From positions 64,542-128,541 of the forward strand of contig JAOZFN010000014.1 in assembly GCA_027492205.1 (NCBI GenBank): a stretch of 64,000 bases of DNA. Direction: 5' to 3'. This stretch comes from Thermoproteota archaeon (GTDB lineage Archaea; Korarchaeota; Korarchaeia; Korarchaeales; Korarchaeaceae). Below, piece after piece: positions 9,253-18,907 of the stretch. The notes beneath the pieces are model-generated. The model saw only the letters and a list, made by a program, of their open reading frames with translations. It did no database searches and was not told the DNA's origin. The translations under genes were made by a program, and so were the position numbers. Within the stretch, counting starts at the first letter, position 1. Every line of letters begins with the position of its first letter.

Positions 9253-9593
9253 CCGCCACGGCCCTGGGTCTCAGGAGGGCGGAGAGGCTCACCGGCGATG
9301 CCTGGTATGACCTCGACTCGGGTACCCTGTTCGTGAGGTTGAAGAACAGCCTGAAGAGCGCGGTGAGAGTCAGGAAGATAGCGGCCCTCACTCTCGACGG
9401 CAGGGAGATCCTGGCGAGTTCTGAGCCCCGATCTAGGGAGTACAAGTCCCCCAGAGTTCCAGCCCGCGGGTCGGCCACCTTCGAGCTGAGGGACAAGGGT
9501 GGAGGGGTAATAGACGCGATGGCCGAGGGAGGCGTGAAGATCTCGATTCAGACTGACCGTGGAGAGATCAGGCTCTCCCTAAGAGCCGGCTGA
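9219..9593 (+). CDS. Hypothetical membrane-anchored small beta-rich protein
   Basis: Hydrophobic N-terminus and coding-like composition. Confidence 0.45.
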   Translation: MYLAPVVVAAVAATALGLRRAERLTGDAWYDLDSGTLFVRLKNSLKSAVRVRKIAALTLDGREILASSEPRSREYKSPRVPARGSATFELRDKGGGVIDAMAEGGVKISIQTDRGEIRLSLRAG

Positions 9594-9813
9594 GCAGCTA
9601 GTCCAACGCTCCAGACCGCGGGTAGGCGCGCGCCATACGTGCTCTATCAACAAGCGGACCGCCCTTGAGAGAGGCTGGGTCTCTCTTCGCGATCCCGCCG
9701 AGGGAGAGGGGGAGAGTTTGCAGGGAGATAGGCTGATACGATCTTAGATTGTCCCGAGGAGTCAGACCAAGACAAACGTTTATCTTACTCCAACCCACCC
9801 CCTGCCTTCCGAG

Positions 9814-10392
9814 ATGGACTTCTCTCGCGAGGCTGAGAGGGCCAGGAGCTACCTGGACTTGGGCCCCCAGGACATCAGGGTGATAAGGCAGATAAGGCCA
9901 CTGATAGTGTCTCACGAGGACGAGATCATTCAGGGAGTCTTGAATTCCCTGCTATCAGATCAGGAGGCCGTCTCGGTGGTCAAGGAGTCTGGGCTGTCTG
10001 CAGAAAGGGCCATAGCGCTCTTCAAGTCTGTGATTCGCCTGACGCTCTCCGGGGATTTCGGGGGCGAGCACGCAAAGCGCGTGTTCGTGGTCGGCGCGGC
10101 GCACCTCAGAGTCGGAGTGGGCCACAGGCTGATGACGCTGAACGCGGGCGCTTTCGCGCGGGAGGTCGCGAGGGTACTTGGCGAGGCCGGGATGTGCGAG
10201 GCCATAGTCCCGGCTCTGAAGGCCATCTTTTGGACCCTGTCAATTATAACCGAAAGCTACCTAGAGGCCGAGCGCAGGAGCCTTAGGGAGGCCTCAGGTC
10301 TCAGGCCAGAGCTGGTGGAGAGGCTTAAGCGGGCTAAGGCCCGCGAGATTTACGATGAGTTCAGGGCTGTAGGCAGGACGGAGCTGGTTTGA
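9814..10392 (+). CDS. Protoglobin / single-domain sensor-type globin
   Basis: YLDLGPQDIRVIRQIRP N-terminus, LSGDFGGEH and proximal-His motif VGAAHLRVGV typical of protoglobin/GCS globin domains. Confidence 0.75.
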   Translation: MDFSREAERARSYLDLGPQDIRVIRQIRPLIVSHEDEIIQGVLNSLLSDQEAVSVVKESGLSAERAIALFKSVIRLTLSGDFGGEHAKRVFVVGAAHLRVGVGHRLMTLNAGAFAREVARVLGEAGMCEAIVPALKAIFWTLSIITESYLEAERRSLREASGLRPELVERLKRAKAREIYDEFRAVGRTELV

Positions 10393-10439
10393 AGTGCCCG
10401 TGGGGTTATAATGGGCGCCCGGGTGATTCACCGAGCCGT

Positions 10440-11381
10440 ATGGAGTACGTTAGGGACCTCGTCTGGAGGCCGGGAATGACCGTGAGGGAGCTGGTGGAGG
10501 GGTTCGCCGCCACGGGCTTTCAGAGCACGGAGCTCTACAAGGCCGCCCAGATAGTCGTGAGGATGAAGAGGGAGGGGGCGAAGGTCATCCTCACCTTCAC
10601 GTCCAACATGGGGACCTCGGGGCTGAGGGGCCTCTTCGCCCAGCTGATCGGGGTGGGCCTGGTTGATGTGGTGATAACAACCGTCGGCGCGATAGAGGAG
10701 GACGTGATGAAGGCCCTGGGCGAGAGGTTCTACATTCACCGGTTCCAGGCCGACGACGTGGAGCTCCACGAGAGGGGCATGAACAGGGTCGGCAACCTGC
10801 TGATCAGCAACGACAGCTACGCCAGGTTTGAGGCGTTCGCCACCCGGCTCCTCGAGGAGATCTACCGGGAGAAGAGGAGGCTCACCGTGTCGGAGCTCCT
10901 CCGGGAGATAGGCCTGAGGCTGGAGGACGAGAACTCCTTCCTCTACCAGGCGGCCAGGAGGGACGTACCGGTGTTCTGCCCCGCCATAACCGACGGCTCC
11001 TTCGGGTTTCACCTCTTCATGGCGAGGGAGAGGCACCCGGACTTCGACGTGGACGTGGTGGGGGACTTCGGTAGGATGATCCTGTACCTGAGCCAGGAGG
11101 ACAGGAAGGGCGTCATAGCCCTGGGCGGGGGAGTGTCGAAGCACCACGCGATCCTCATGACCCTCCTGAGCGGCGGCGCCGACTACGCGGTCTACATCAC
11201 CACCTCAACCCAGTTCTCGGGGAGCATGAGCGGCGCCACGACGTCGGAGGCCAAGAGCTGGGGAAAGATCAAGGACGACTCCGACTCCGTCACCGTGATA
11301 GGCGACGCGACCATCCTCTTCCCGCTGGTCGCCGCCTACTCCCTCGAGGTCCTGAGGGAGGAGGGGCTGATAGAGGCGTAG
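10440..11381 (+). CDS. dys: Deoxyhypusine synthase family protein
   Basis: GFQST, FTSNMGTSGLR, NRVGN, FCPAITDGS, GGGVSKHH and SGA..SEAKSWGK (active-site Lys); start re-called to ATG 10440. Confidence 0.92.
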   Translation: MEYVRDLVWRPGMTVRELVEGFAATGFQSTELYKAAQIVVRMKREGAKVILTFTSNMGTSGLRGLFAQLIGVGLVDVVITTVGAIEEDVMKALGERFYIHRFQADDVELHERGMNRVGNLLISNDSYARFEAFATRLLEEIYREKRRLTVSELLREIGLRLEDENSFLYQAARRDVPVFCPAITDGSFGFHLFMARERHPDFDVDVVGDFGRMILYLSQEDRKGVIALGGGVSKHHAILMTLLSGGADYAVYITTSTQFSGSMSGATTSEAKSWGKIKDDSDSVTVIGDATILFPLVAAYSLEVLREEGLIEA

Positions 11382-11410
11382 TCCGGTGAGGGAGGGAGAG
11401 GGTCGGGAGA

Positions 11411-12466
11411 ATGGCCAGGTTCATCCTGAGCAGGAGGGTGGCGCTGAGGCAGTACGAGACCGTGAAGAGGTACGTGGACGTCGTGGCCTACAGCTACAAG
11501 ACCAACCCGGCGGTCTGGGAGGTCCTCAGGGAGACCGACGCGATGGTGGGCCTGAGTTCGATGGGCTCGGCGAGGAGGGTTCGGGAGCTGAGCAGGGCGA
11601 TCTACTACCTGCAGGGGGAGTCCGAGGAGGAGGTCAGGTGGCTCCTCGACTCGGGCGTGGGGTGGCTCCTGGTGGACAACGAGCCCGAGCTCCGGGCGCT
11701 CCTCGGCGAACTGAGCAGGCTCGACCGCTCGGTCAACCTGCTCGTCAGGATGAAGATGAGGGAGCACACAGTCTACACGGGGAAGCACTTCGTCTACGGT
11801 ATCGACTGGAGGAGGGTGAGCGATCTGATACCAGAGCTGCGCGAGAACCCGCACGTCGAGTCTCTTGGGGTCCACTTCCACAGGAAGACCCAGAACGTGG
11901 GGGAGTGGAGCCTCGTCGAGGACCTCTCCGACGCGCTTGACGACCGCGCCATGGGAGAGCTGGACGCTGTGAACATAGGCGGCGGGATACCGGTGAGGTA
12001 CGCCAACTCCAGGCCGAACGTGGAGCTAGTCCTCGCCAAGGTGGGGGAGCTCAGGGACTTCCTCAGCGCCAGGGGGGTGAGGCTGATGGCCGAGCCGGGG
12101 AGGTTCATAGCTGCCCCCGCGGTGGCGCTGGAGGCCACGGTCCTGAACGTCTACTCCGGCACGGCCGTGCTGGACTGCTCCATCTTCAACGCCTACATGG
12201 ACACCTACCTCCTCAACACCAGGCTGCCCGTGCTGGGCGAGAGGGGGGACCGCTCGGGCCACAGGTACCTCCTCAAGGGGAGGTCGCCGGACTCCCTCGA
12301 CATCTTCCGCTACTCCGTCTACCTCGACAGGGAGCTGAGGCCGGGTGACAAGGTGGTCTTCCTGAACGCCGGGGCGTACAACTTCCACACCGACTTCAAC
12401 GACATGCCGAGGCTCGAGACCGATGTCGTGGAGGACTTCCCCTTCCCCGTTCCGGGGTGGCTGTGA
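11411..12466 (+). CDS. Fold-type III PLP-dependent decarboxylase (Orn/DAP/Arg family)
   Basis: YSYKTN (PLP Lys), HFH, NIGGG, EPGRF and NAGAY motifs. Confidence 0.88.
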   Translation: MARFILSRRVALRQYETVKRYVDVVAYSYKTNPAVWEVLRETDAMVGLSSMGSARRVRELSRAIYYLQGESEEEVRWLLDSGVGWLLVDNEPELRALLGELSRLDRSVNLLVRMKMREHTVYTGKHFVYGIDWRRVSDLIPELRENPHVESLGVHFHRKTQNVGEWSLVEDLSDALDDRAMGELDAVNIGGGIPVRYANSRPNVELVLAKVGELRDFLSARGVRLMAEPGRFIAAPAVALEATVLNVYSGTAVLDCSIFNAYMDTYLLNTRLPVLGERGDRSGHRYLLKGRSPDSLDIFRYSVYLDRELRPGDKVVFLNAGAYNFHTDFNDMPRLETDVVEDFPFPVPGWL

Positions 12467-13208
12467 GGCCTCTTCAGGACAGGCCCCCGAGGTCCACCGG
12501 CCCCAACCCCTCCACGTCGAGCACGGGCCTGCCCCCAGGTAGGACGACCAGCAGGGCCGTCGAGTATCCGTCTGGGGTCACGTCGAGTTCCATCGCTGGG
12601 TAGAGCCCCAGCCTGACGACGGGAGAGATTCCCACGGGAGGGGCGAGCCTAACGAGCCAGGCGCCCGGGTCGCAGTCGGTTATCCTCTTCGCCCTCACCC
12701 TCCACCGCCCGACCTCGCCTTCTCGCCAGCCCATCTCACCCTCCAGCGCGTCAAGGAGGTCCACGCCTATCGGGGGCTCCCCGACCGGCCCGAGAGTATC
12801 CCTGGGACCTACCTGGAGGACCTCTCCCTCCAGCTCCAGCTCGACGGCGAGTCCAGGCGCCCCACACGCGATCACGGCCGGCGGGCCGACCCAGCCCTCG
12901 CCGTGGTCGAGCAACTCGGCCGAGGTCGAGGTCCACGACTCCAGTGTCGCGCCGCCCGGCTCAGACACCCTCAGCCCGAGGTATCCCCCGGCGACGCCCC
13001 CCCTCACCGAGGCCCTGATCAGGAGGACGTCGACCTCTCCCAGCAGCACGGGAAGGATCAGGAGCCTCGATCTCTCACCGCCGGCCTCGATCCAGCACGC
13101 CGCGCGGGCGAGGTCGTTCAGTGCCGCGTCCGTGAGGTTGTACAGCTGAAGGGTCATCGGGGGCCCGGCCTCGGTGAATGAAATAACGGTCCCCGCCCCC
13201 GGGTCGAG

Positions 13209-14096
13209 GTGCCCGTCGTCGCCAGGTTCGCCGGGGTCGAGCTGTGGGTGCCCTTGGGAGTCAGTTTCAGCGTATTCAACAGTCCCTACCCTGCCCACGC
13301 CGGGTGCGGCGCCCTGGACGTCTACTTCGACGGAGAGGCCCTGATGCCGGTCGAGGAGGGTATCGTGAGGGAGGTGAGAAGATTCCGCGGCCCCAAGCCC
13401 CGCTCCCACGGTCCCGGGTGCCGGAGGGAGGAGCCGGTGATCCTGATCGACCTGCCGGGTGGGCTGATTCTCAAGGTCATGCACGTCGAGCCCTCCGTGT
13501 CACCCGGCGAGAGGCTGACCAGGCTCGATCACATAGGGAGGGTGGTGCGGTCCTGCTACCTATGTCCCTGGTCCGACCCCCATGCCCACTTCGAGCTCAA
13601 GCTGGGCAGGCCATACAGGGCGTCGGGCTGGGCGCCCCTCGACCTTTCCCCCGCCCTGACCTGGCTAGAGGACCCACCCGAGCCCTCGGAGGAGTTCACC
13701 GTAGACGAGGTCAGGGACGAGTACGTATGGCTCCTCCCGAAGAGGCCCGGATCGGCCGGGCTCGTCGCGCTGGTCGGCGGGGCCCCTGCCCACGTCGACG
13801 GCGGCCTCCCACACTACGGGCACGGGGCGGCCTTGGTCAAACACTCTTCCCCGGGCCTGACTGGCGAGGGCGTGGCCTGGACGGACGGGACGCTTATGGG
13901 AGAGCCCACAGCCAGCCTGGGGTTCGGGGTGACCTTTCGGCCCACGGCCAGACCCGTGGCAGACGGCCTGGCGTGCATCGGCGTTGGGTCTTACCTGGTC
14001 GAGCCCAGGCTCAAGTTGATCGTGAGGAGGGAGAAACACCCGTGGTCGGAGGGCGACGTTCTAAGGCTCGGGTTTACGCCGCTCGACTCACGGTGA
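13209..14096 (+). CDS. Conserved archaeal protein with M23-peptidase-like metal motifs
   Basis: NSPYPAH..ALD, MHVEP and HAHFE; beta-rich. Confidence 0.6.
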   Translation: MPVVARFAGVELWVPLGVSFSVFNSPYPAHAGCGALDVYFDGEALMPVEEGIVREVRRFRGPKPRSHGPGCRREEPVILIDLPGGLILKVMHVEPSVSPGERLTRLDHIGRVVRSCYLCPWSDPHAHFELKLGRPYRASGWAPLDLSPALTWLEDPPEPSEEFTVDEVRDEYVWLLPKRPGSAGLVALVGGAPAHVDGGLPHYGHGAALVKHSSPGLTGEGVAWTDGTLMGEPTASLGFGVTFRPTARPVADGLACIGVGSYLVEPRLKLIVRREKHPWSEGDVLRLGFTPLDSR

Positions 14097-14164
14097 GATC
14101 GCCGCGATTCGCCGGGAGATCGTCTGCCGGAGAACCGTTAAATGATCTCGCGGGCCGTAATGAC

Positions 14165-15016
14165 GTGCCTCACCTGGGAGATCACCTGAGCCGACTCTAC
14201 AGCATCTGGCCCTGGCCTGCGGATCCCTGGAGTGAGGAGGGAAGGAGGAGGTACGAGGAGTCCATCAAGAAGTTCCATTCTCTCTTGGAGCACGATTGGC
14301 TCTCCCGCCAGGTCAGCGACAAGAAGACCGTGAGGATCTTAGACATCTGCGGGGGGACCGGGATAGGCGGGGTGGCCCTGGGCAAGGTCCTCTCGTCCAG
14401 AGGGCTCGGAGTGGAGCTCACGGTCGTGGACCTCCGGAGGGAGGCTCTAGAGGTCGCGGAGAGATTCGGGACCGAGGAGCTGGGTTCGGTCAGGGTAGAA
14501 ATCGCCGACGCGACCAAGCTCTGGGAGCTCGGAGTGCAGGCCGATCTGGCGTTGATCTACGGGTTCTCCACACCGCACTTCAACCCCTGGGACATGGTGA
14601 GGCTCCTGAGCTCCATCGCCGACTCCCTCTCCGACGACGGAGTTCTGATCATCGAGGAGGCGGACAGGACCTACACGATCTTCTACCTCAGAGGCTACAA
14701 GGAGTGGCTGGCCGAGGACGTCGGTGAGGACAGACTCTTCGTCACGGTCCACGCTGGCTACGACTTCAGGAAGGGGGTCTTCAGGAGGGCCGCGGTGGAA
14801 CTCCTGAAGGGCGTGGGACCCATATCCCACGAGGTGAGGCTCTGGGACCTCGCCGGCGTGATGGCCCTCGCCTGGGCCTTCTTCCAGGACGTGGACTTCG
14901 TGCCGGAGGAGAGGCCATGGAGCGGGTTCGTTCTCGCCAGGGCCCCGAGGAGGAAACTGGGCGCCGCCGACTTCGTCCAAACGCCAAAGGCCCTTTCGGA
15001 GGAGAAGGAGGGTTAG
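14165..15016 (+). CDS. Class I SAM-dependent methyltransferase
   Basis: ILDICGGTGIGG motif I and ADA motif; start re-called to in-frame GTG 14165. Confidence 0.85.
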   Translation: MPHLGDHLSRLYSIWPWPADPWSEEGRRRYEESIKKFHSLLEHDWLSRQVSDKKTVRILDICGGTGIGGVALGKVLSSRGLGVELTVVDLRREALEVAERFGTEELGSVRVEIADATKLWELGVQADLALIYGFSTPHFNPWDMVRLLSSIADSLSDDGVLIIEEADRTYTIFYLRGYKEWLAEDVGEDRLFVTVHAGYDFRKGVFRRAAVELLKGVGPISHEVRLWDLAGVMALAWAFFQDVDFVPEERPWSGFVLARAPRRKLGAADFVQTPKALSEEKEG

Positions 15017-15020
15017 GCGG

Positions 15021-15662
15021 TTGGGAGAGGATTCCCTGAGCGAGTACGGGGCGCTGGTGGGCAGGATCTGCTGCGGGCCGCTCAGAAGCGTGTGCTACCT
15101 GGTTGTAGACCTCCGTGAGGGGGAGGCGGCGCTCGTGGACGCCGGCTGCCCGGCTGGGGAGGTGCTCGGGGCCTTAGGGGAGCTGGGAGTTGAGCTGAGG
15201 CTCGTGCTCCTCACCCACACACACTTCGACCACGTGGCGAGCGTCGGGGAGATCTGCGGATCGACGGGGGCCAGGGCCGTCGCCCACCCCGCAGATGTGG
15301 AGATGCTCCCGAGGTACTGGGACTGGGGCGGAAAAGGGAACGCCCTCGACGTGGAGCCGGCTGTCGAGGATGGATCCGAGTTTTCCGTGGGGAGGCTGAG
15401 GGTCAGGGCCCTGCACACCCCAGGTCACACGCCGGGCAGCGTCTGCTACTTCTTAGAGGCGGAGGGCCTGCTGTTCACCGGCGACACGGTCTTCGCCGGG
15501 GCCGTGGGGAGGACGGACTTTGCGGGGGGCGACAAAACCAGGATGAAGGAGAGCCTGAGAAGGCTGCTGACCCTCCCCGACGAGACTGTGATCTTACCGG
15601 GGCACGGGCCCGAGACCACCCTCGGAGGAGAGCGGCGGTATCTGGAGTCCCTCCTGAGGTGA
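15021..15662 (+). CDS. MBL-fold metallo-hydrolase (glyoxalase II-like)
   Basis: THTHFDH, HTPGHTPG, FTGDT and PGHG motifs. Confidence 0.92.
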   Translation: MGEDSLSEYGALVGRICCGPLRSVCYLVVDLREGEAALVDAGCPAGEVLGALGELGVELRLVLLTHTHFDHVASVGEICGSTGARAVAHPADVEMLPRYWDWGGKGNALDVEPAVEDGSEFSVGRLRVRALHTPGHTPGSVCYFLEAEGLLFTGDTVFAGAVGRTDFAGGDKTRMKESLRRLLTLPDETVILPGHGPETTLGGERRYLESLLR

Positions 15663-15729
15663 ACGGGCTGGAGAGCGACCGCTTTTTATGGGCCATCGGT
15701 CCGGCCACTCCGCCGGTCGGGGGTTCACC

Positions 15730-16971
15730 TTGCTCGAGGGTGTGAAGGACTCGATAAGGGGAAACGTTAGGGTGCTGATCGTCGTCTCCGCGCTCTCTGG
15801 AGCCTACGTAGCGATGATTGACGTCGTGACGCAGCCGATGCTCCTGGAGCTCGGGGCATCCGTCTACACGATAGGGCTCCTGTTCACCCTCGGGGGATAC
15901 AGCGGCCTGATCCCCACGCTAGTCCAGCCGATAGGAGGCGTGCTCTCAGACTCACTCGGCAGGAGGCCCTTCGTCCTTCTGATGCGTCTCGCTACGGCGG
16001 CCGCGATGGCCTGCTACCTGGCCGCAGCCCTAACCGGATCTCTTGGTCTCGCGCTGCTGGCGGTCTCTCTTCGGGCTCTCCGCGATCGGCTGGCCCGCCT
16101 GGGACGCCGCGGTCGCCGAGTCCTCCCCCGCCCACGGGAGGGGGGTAGCGTACAGCGCCGTCCTGCTAGCCGGAGTCGCGCCGAGCCTCCTGACGAGGCC
16201 CATCGGCGGTGTGCTGGCTGACAGAATTGGGTATTGGTCAGTCTACCTCGTCGGCCTCGCGGGAGAGGCTGCGTGCCTCGCAGTCCTCCTTTCGGCGTTC
16301 AGGGAGAGTGCCTCGACGGGAGATAGACAGGTGAGCTTGAGGGGGCTCCTCAGAAGGGTGTTCACGCCTTCCAAGGATCTCTGGAGGTTCTACATACTCA
16401 CCGGGCTGGACTCGCTCCTATGGGGCGTGAGCATGGGCGTCCTGCCGGCCATCGTCGTCTCGCAGTTCGGGGTTAGCAACATCGAGCTCGGCGTCCTGAC
16501 GACGGTCCTGAGCGCGACGATGATCGCCTCTCAGATCCCCGCGGGAGTCCTGATCGATCGGATCGGCCCCGTGAAGGTTCTCGCGCTGTCTCAGGCCCTG
16601 GGGTACCGCTGGCCGTGATCCTGCTCAGGGCAGAAGGGTTCGCCCACCTGATCCCGGCCTACGCGACTCTTGGCCTCGCCGCCTCCACTTGGGTCCCCAC
16701 CACGAGGGCCTACCTCTCACTAGTTGTCGAATCGGACAACGTGGCTGGCTCGATGGGCAGGCTGAGTGCGTTTGGCGGCCTATTCGGCTTCGCCGCCCCA
16801 GCTCTGGGAGGAGCGCTCTACGAGCTCTACGGCCTGAAGGGTCCGGTGACAGTGACTCTGGCCGGCAGCCTAGCCCTGGCCGCGGGATTCGCCCTCCTCT
16901 TGGAAGAGGCGAAACGTCCAGCTGGGCAGGTTAATATCCCAGGATCAGAAGGCGAGCAGCGCTGGAGATGA
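15730..16971 (+). pseudogene. MFS transporter split by two frameshifts
   Basis: Three consecutive ORFs carry GVLSDSLGRRP, GVLADRIG and GVLIDRIGP; frame changes near 16065 and 16605. Confidence 0.8.
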
Positions 16972-17438
16972 AGAGACCCAAGAATTTCTCGTGGGTGACG
17001 GAGCACCTCGCCGGCTCAGCCCTGCCGGTTAGCAGGGAGGAGATAGAGTACATGAAGAAGGTAGGTGTCAGGGCCATAATCTCCCTCGACACGGACCTGC
17101 CTAGGGGAGTGGTCGAGGCCATCAGGGAGTTCGGCATCAAGCACTACTTGGAGGAGGTGGAGGACCTAAGGGCCCCCACGCTCGAGCAGATGGAGCGAAT
17201 CGTCAAGATAATTGACGAACACGTGTCTAGGGGAGAAAAGGTGGTCGTCCACTGTTACGCCGGCTGTGGGCGGACTGGGACGATCTTGGCGGCCTACTTG
17301 GTGTACACGGGGGCCGACCCGCGGGAGGCTATTGACTACGTCAGGTCTCTCAGGCCTTGCTCCATCGAGACTTACCCACAGGAGATGGCGATAGAGTACT
17401 TCGCCCGTTACTTGAGGTCTCAGAGGAGGGAAGAGTGA
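16968..17438 (+). CDS. Dual-specificity protein phosphatase (PTP/CDC14-like)
   Basis: NFSWV, VEDLRAP and VHCYAGCGRTG (CX5R). Confidence 0.93.
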   Translation: MKRPKNFSWVTEHLAGSALPVSREEIEYMKKVGVRAIISLDTDLPRGVVEAIREFGIKHYLEEVEDLRAPTLEQMERIVKIIDEHVSRGEKVVVHCYAGCGRTGTILAAYLVYTGADPREAIDYVRSLRPCSIETYPQEMAIEYFARYLRSQRREE

Positions 17439-17519
17439 GCGGGCTCCCCAGAGGAGTGTCCAAAGTACGCATACCCATCTTCGGGATCTGTCCCTCATTC
17501 CAGCAGATCCGCACGCTAG

Positions 17520-17996
17520 ATGTCGACTAGTGCAGATATTTCCGACTGGGAAGTTGCCCCGCCCTCCGTTACTATGTCGAGCCGCGGCAGATCCCCGGAA
17601 GGGCCTCTGAGAGTCTACATCAAGAAGGTCGGTCCGGGGGGTGTCACCAGCCGGATCCTGATCTCCACCTCCCGGTGCCCAAGCTGCCGAGCCCCCCTAG
17701 TTGTAGACTGGGCGTCGAGATCCGCGATTTGCGAGTCCTGCGGATGGTCGGCGGAACTGGCGGATTCCCACGTATTTGAGAGGGCGGCCGAACTCACGAG
17801 GAAGTCCGGTGATCTCCTCAGGGAGGCCGCAACGCTCCTCATCCGCCTTCCAGCCCTATTTGGGAGGCTGGACGCGGCGTCCGCGCTGGCGCGTAGCTTA
17901 TTCTCCCAGCTGCGGAGCCTCGCCGAACTTGCGGAAGAGGACGAGGTAGAGAGACTTGAGCGGGCAGAGCCGGGATGCGGAGAGGCAGAACGCTAA
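17520..17996 (+). CDS. Hypothetical Zn-ribbon protein
   Basis: CPSC...CESC knuckles. Confidence 0.5.
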   Translation: MSTSADISDWEVAPPSVTMSSRGRSPEGPLRVYIKKVGPGGVTSRILISTSRCPSCRAPLVVDWASRSAICESCGWSAELADSHVFERAAELTRKSGDLLREAATLLIRLPALFGRLDAASALARSLFSQLRSLAELAEEDEVERLERAEPGCGEAER

Positions 17997-18024
17997 AGAC
18001 ATCATATGTGGCGGTTGGAAAGAC

Positions 18025-18408
18025 ATGGGCAGTCTCCAGGTAGAGGCCCTGAGGGCGGCGATTGAGGAGCTGGCCCACCTATACCGGATCAGGCTGGCCG
18101 TGCTGTTCGGCTCCCTGGCCAGGGGAGAGGCCAACAATCTGAGCGATGTGGATCTCGCCGTCCTCTGTGACTGCGACGTCTTGGAGCTGGCCGAGGAGCT
18201 GGAGAGAAGGGGGGTGAAAGTGGACATCGTGGACTTGGAAACAGCGCCCCCCGTCTTGGCCTACCTGGTGGCCAGGGATGGCGTGCTCCTCTACGGCGAC
18301 GAGTGGGACTTCCACGAGTTCATGTCGAGGGCTGTCAGGATGTACTTGGACTTCAAGAGAATCTTGGAGCCTCACACGGCCAGGGCCAGGCTATACGTGG
18401 GGGTCTGA
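18025..18408 (+). CDS. Minimal nucleotidyltransferase (MntA-like antitoxin)
   Basis: FGSLARGEANNLSDVD (GSX10DXD) and VDIV. Confidence 0.88.
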   Translation: MGSLQVEALRAAIEELAHLYRIRLAVLFGSLARGEANNLSDVDLAVLCDCDVLELAEELERRGVKVDIVDLETAPPVLAYLVARDGVLLYGDEWDFHEFMSRAVRMYLDFKRILEPHTARARLYVGV

Positions 18409-18409
18409 A

Positions 18410-18832
18410 TTGGGGGAGAGGGTAAACGCGCGAATAAGGGTGCTAGAGTCAGCCCTCAGGAGACTCGAGGAGGTCTCGACAATGAGCCTCGAGGACTTCC
18501 TGAGGGACAGGTTCGCGCCGGCAGCCACCGAGAGGAGCTTCCAAGTGGCCATCGAGGTGGTGATAGACTTGGCCAACATGCTTGCATCCAAGGTCGGGAG
18601 GAGGTCGCCCGATACCTACGCGGATGTGTTCAGGGTCCTCGGCGAGGCGGGAAGCTTAAGTCCCAGGTTGGTGGAAGAGGGGATAGGAATGGCCAGGTTC
18701 AGAAATCTGCTAGTGCACGCGTATGCCGCGATGGATCCCGCCAGAGTTCACGCGATGGCGCGGGAGAAGGTGAGCGTCCTCCGCGAGCTGTCCTCAACCC
18801 TGGCCAGACAGCTCGAGGAGCTTGGGGCGTAG
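18410..18832 (+). CDS. HEPN/DUF86 RNase toxin (HepT-like)
   Basis: ERSFQVAIE and RNLLVHAY (RX4HXY); follows the MNT gene. Confidence 0.88.
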   Translation: MGERVNARIRVLESALRRLEEVSTMSLEDFLRDRFAPAATERSFQVAIEVVIDLANMLASKVGRRSPDTYADVFRVLGEAGSLSPRLVEEGIGMARFRNLLVHAYAAMDPARVHAMAREKVSVLRELSSTLARQLEELGA

Positions 18833-18907
18833 CCGAAAGCGGGTGAGCCCTCAATAGGGGACGGCTCCCACCCACCGACCTCTCGGGTGGCTCTGGTCAC
18901 GACGCCC

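Noticed and set aside
13244-15016. 590-aa ORF as a single large methyltransferase
   Set aside because: The first roughly 300 codons overlap the real 13209-14096 gene in another frame and are low-complexity; the methyltransferase starts near 14165.
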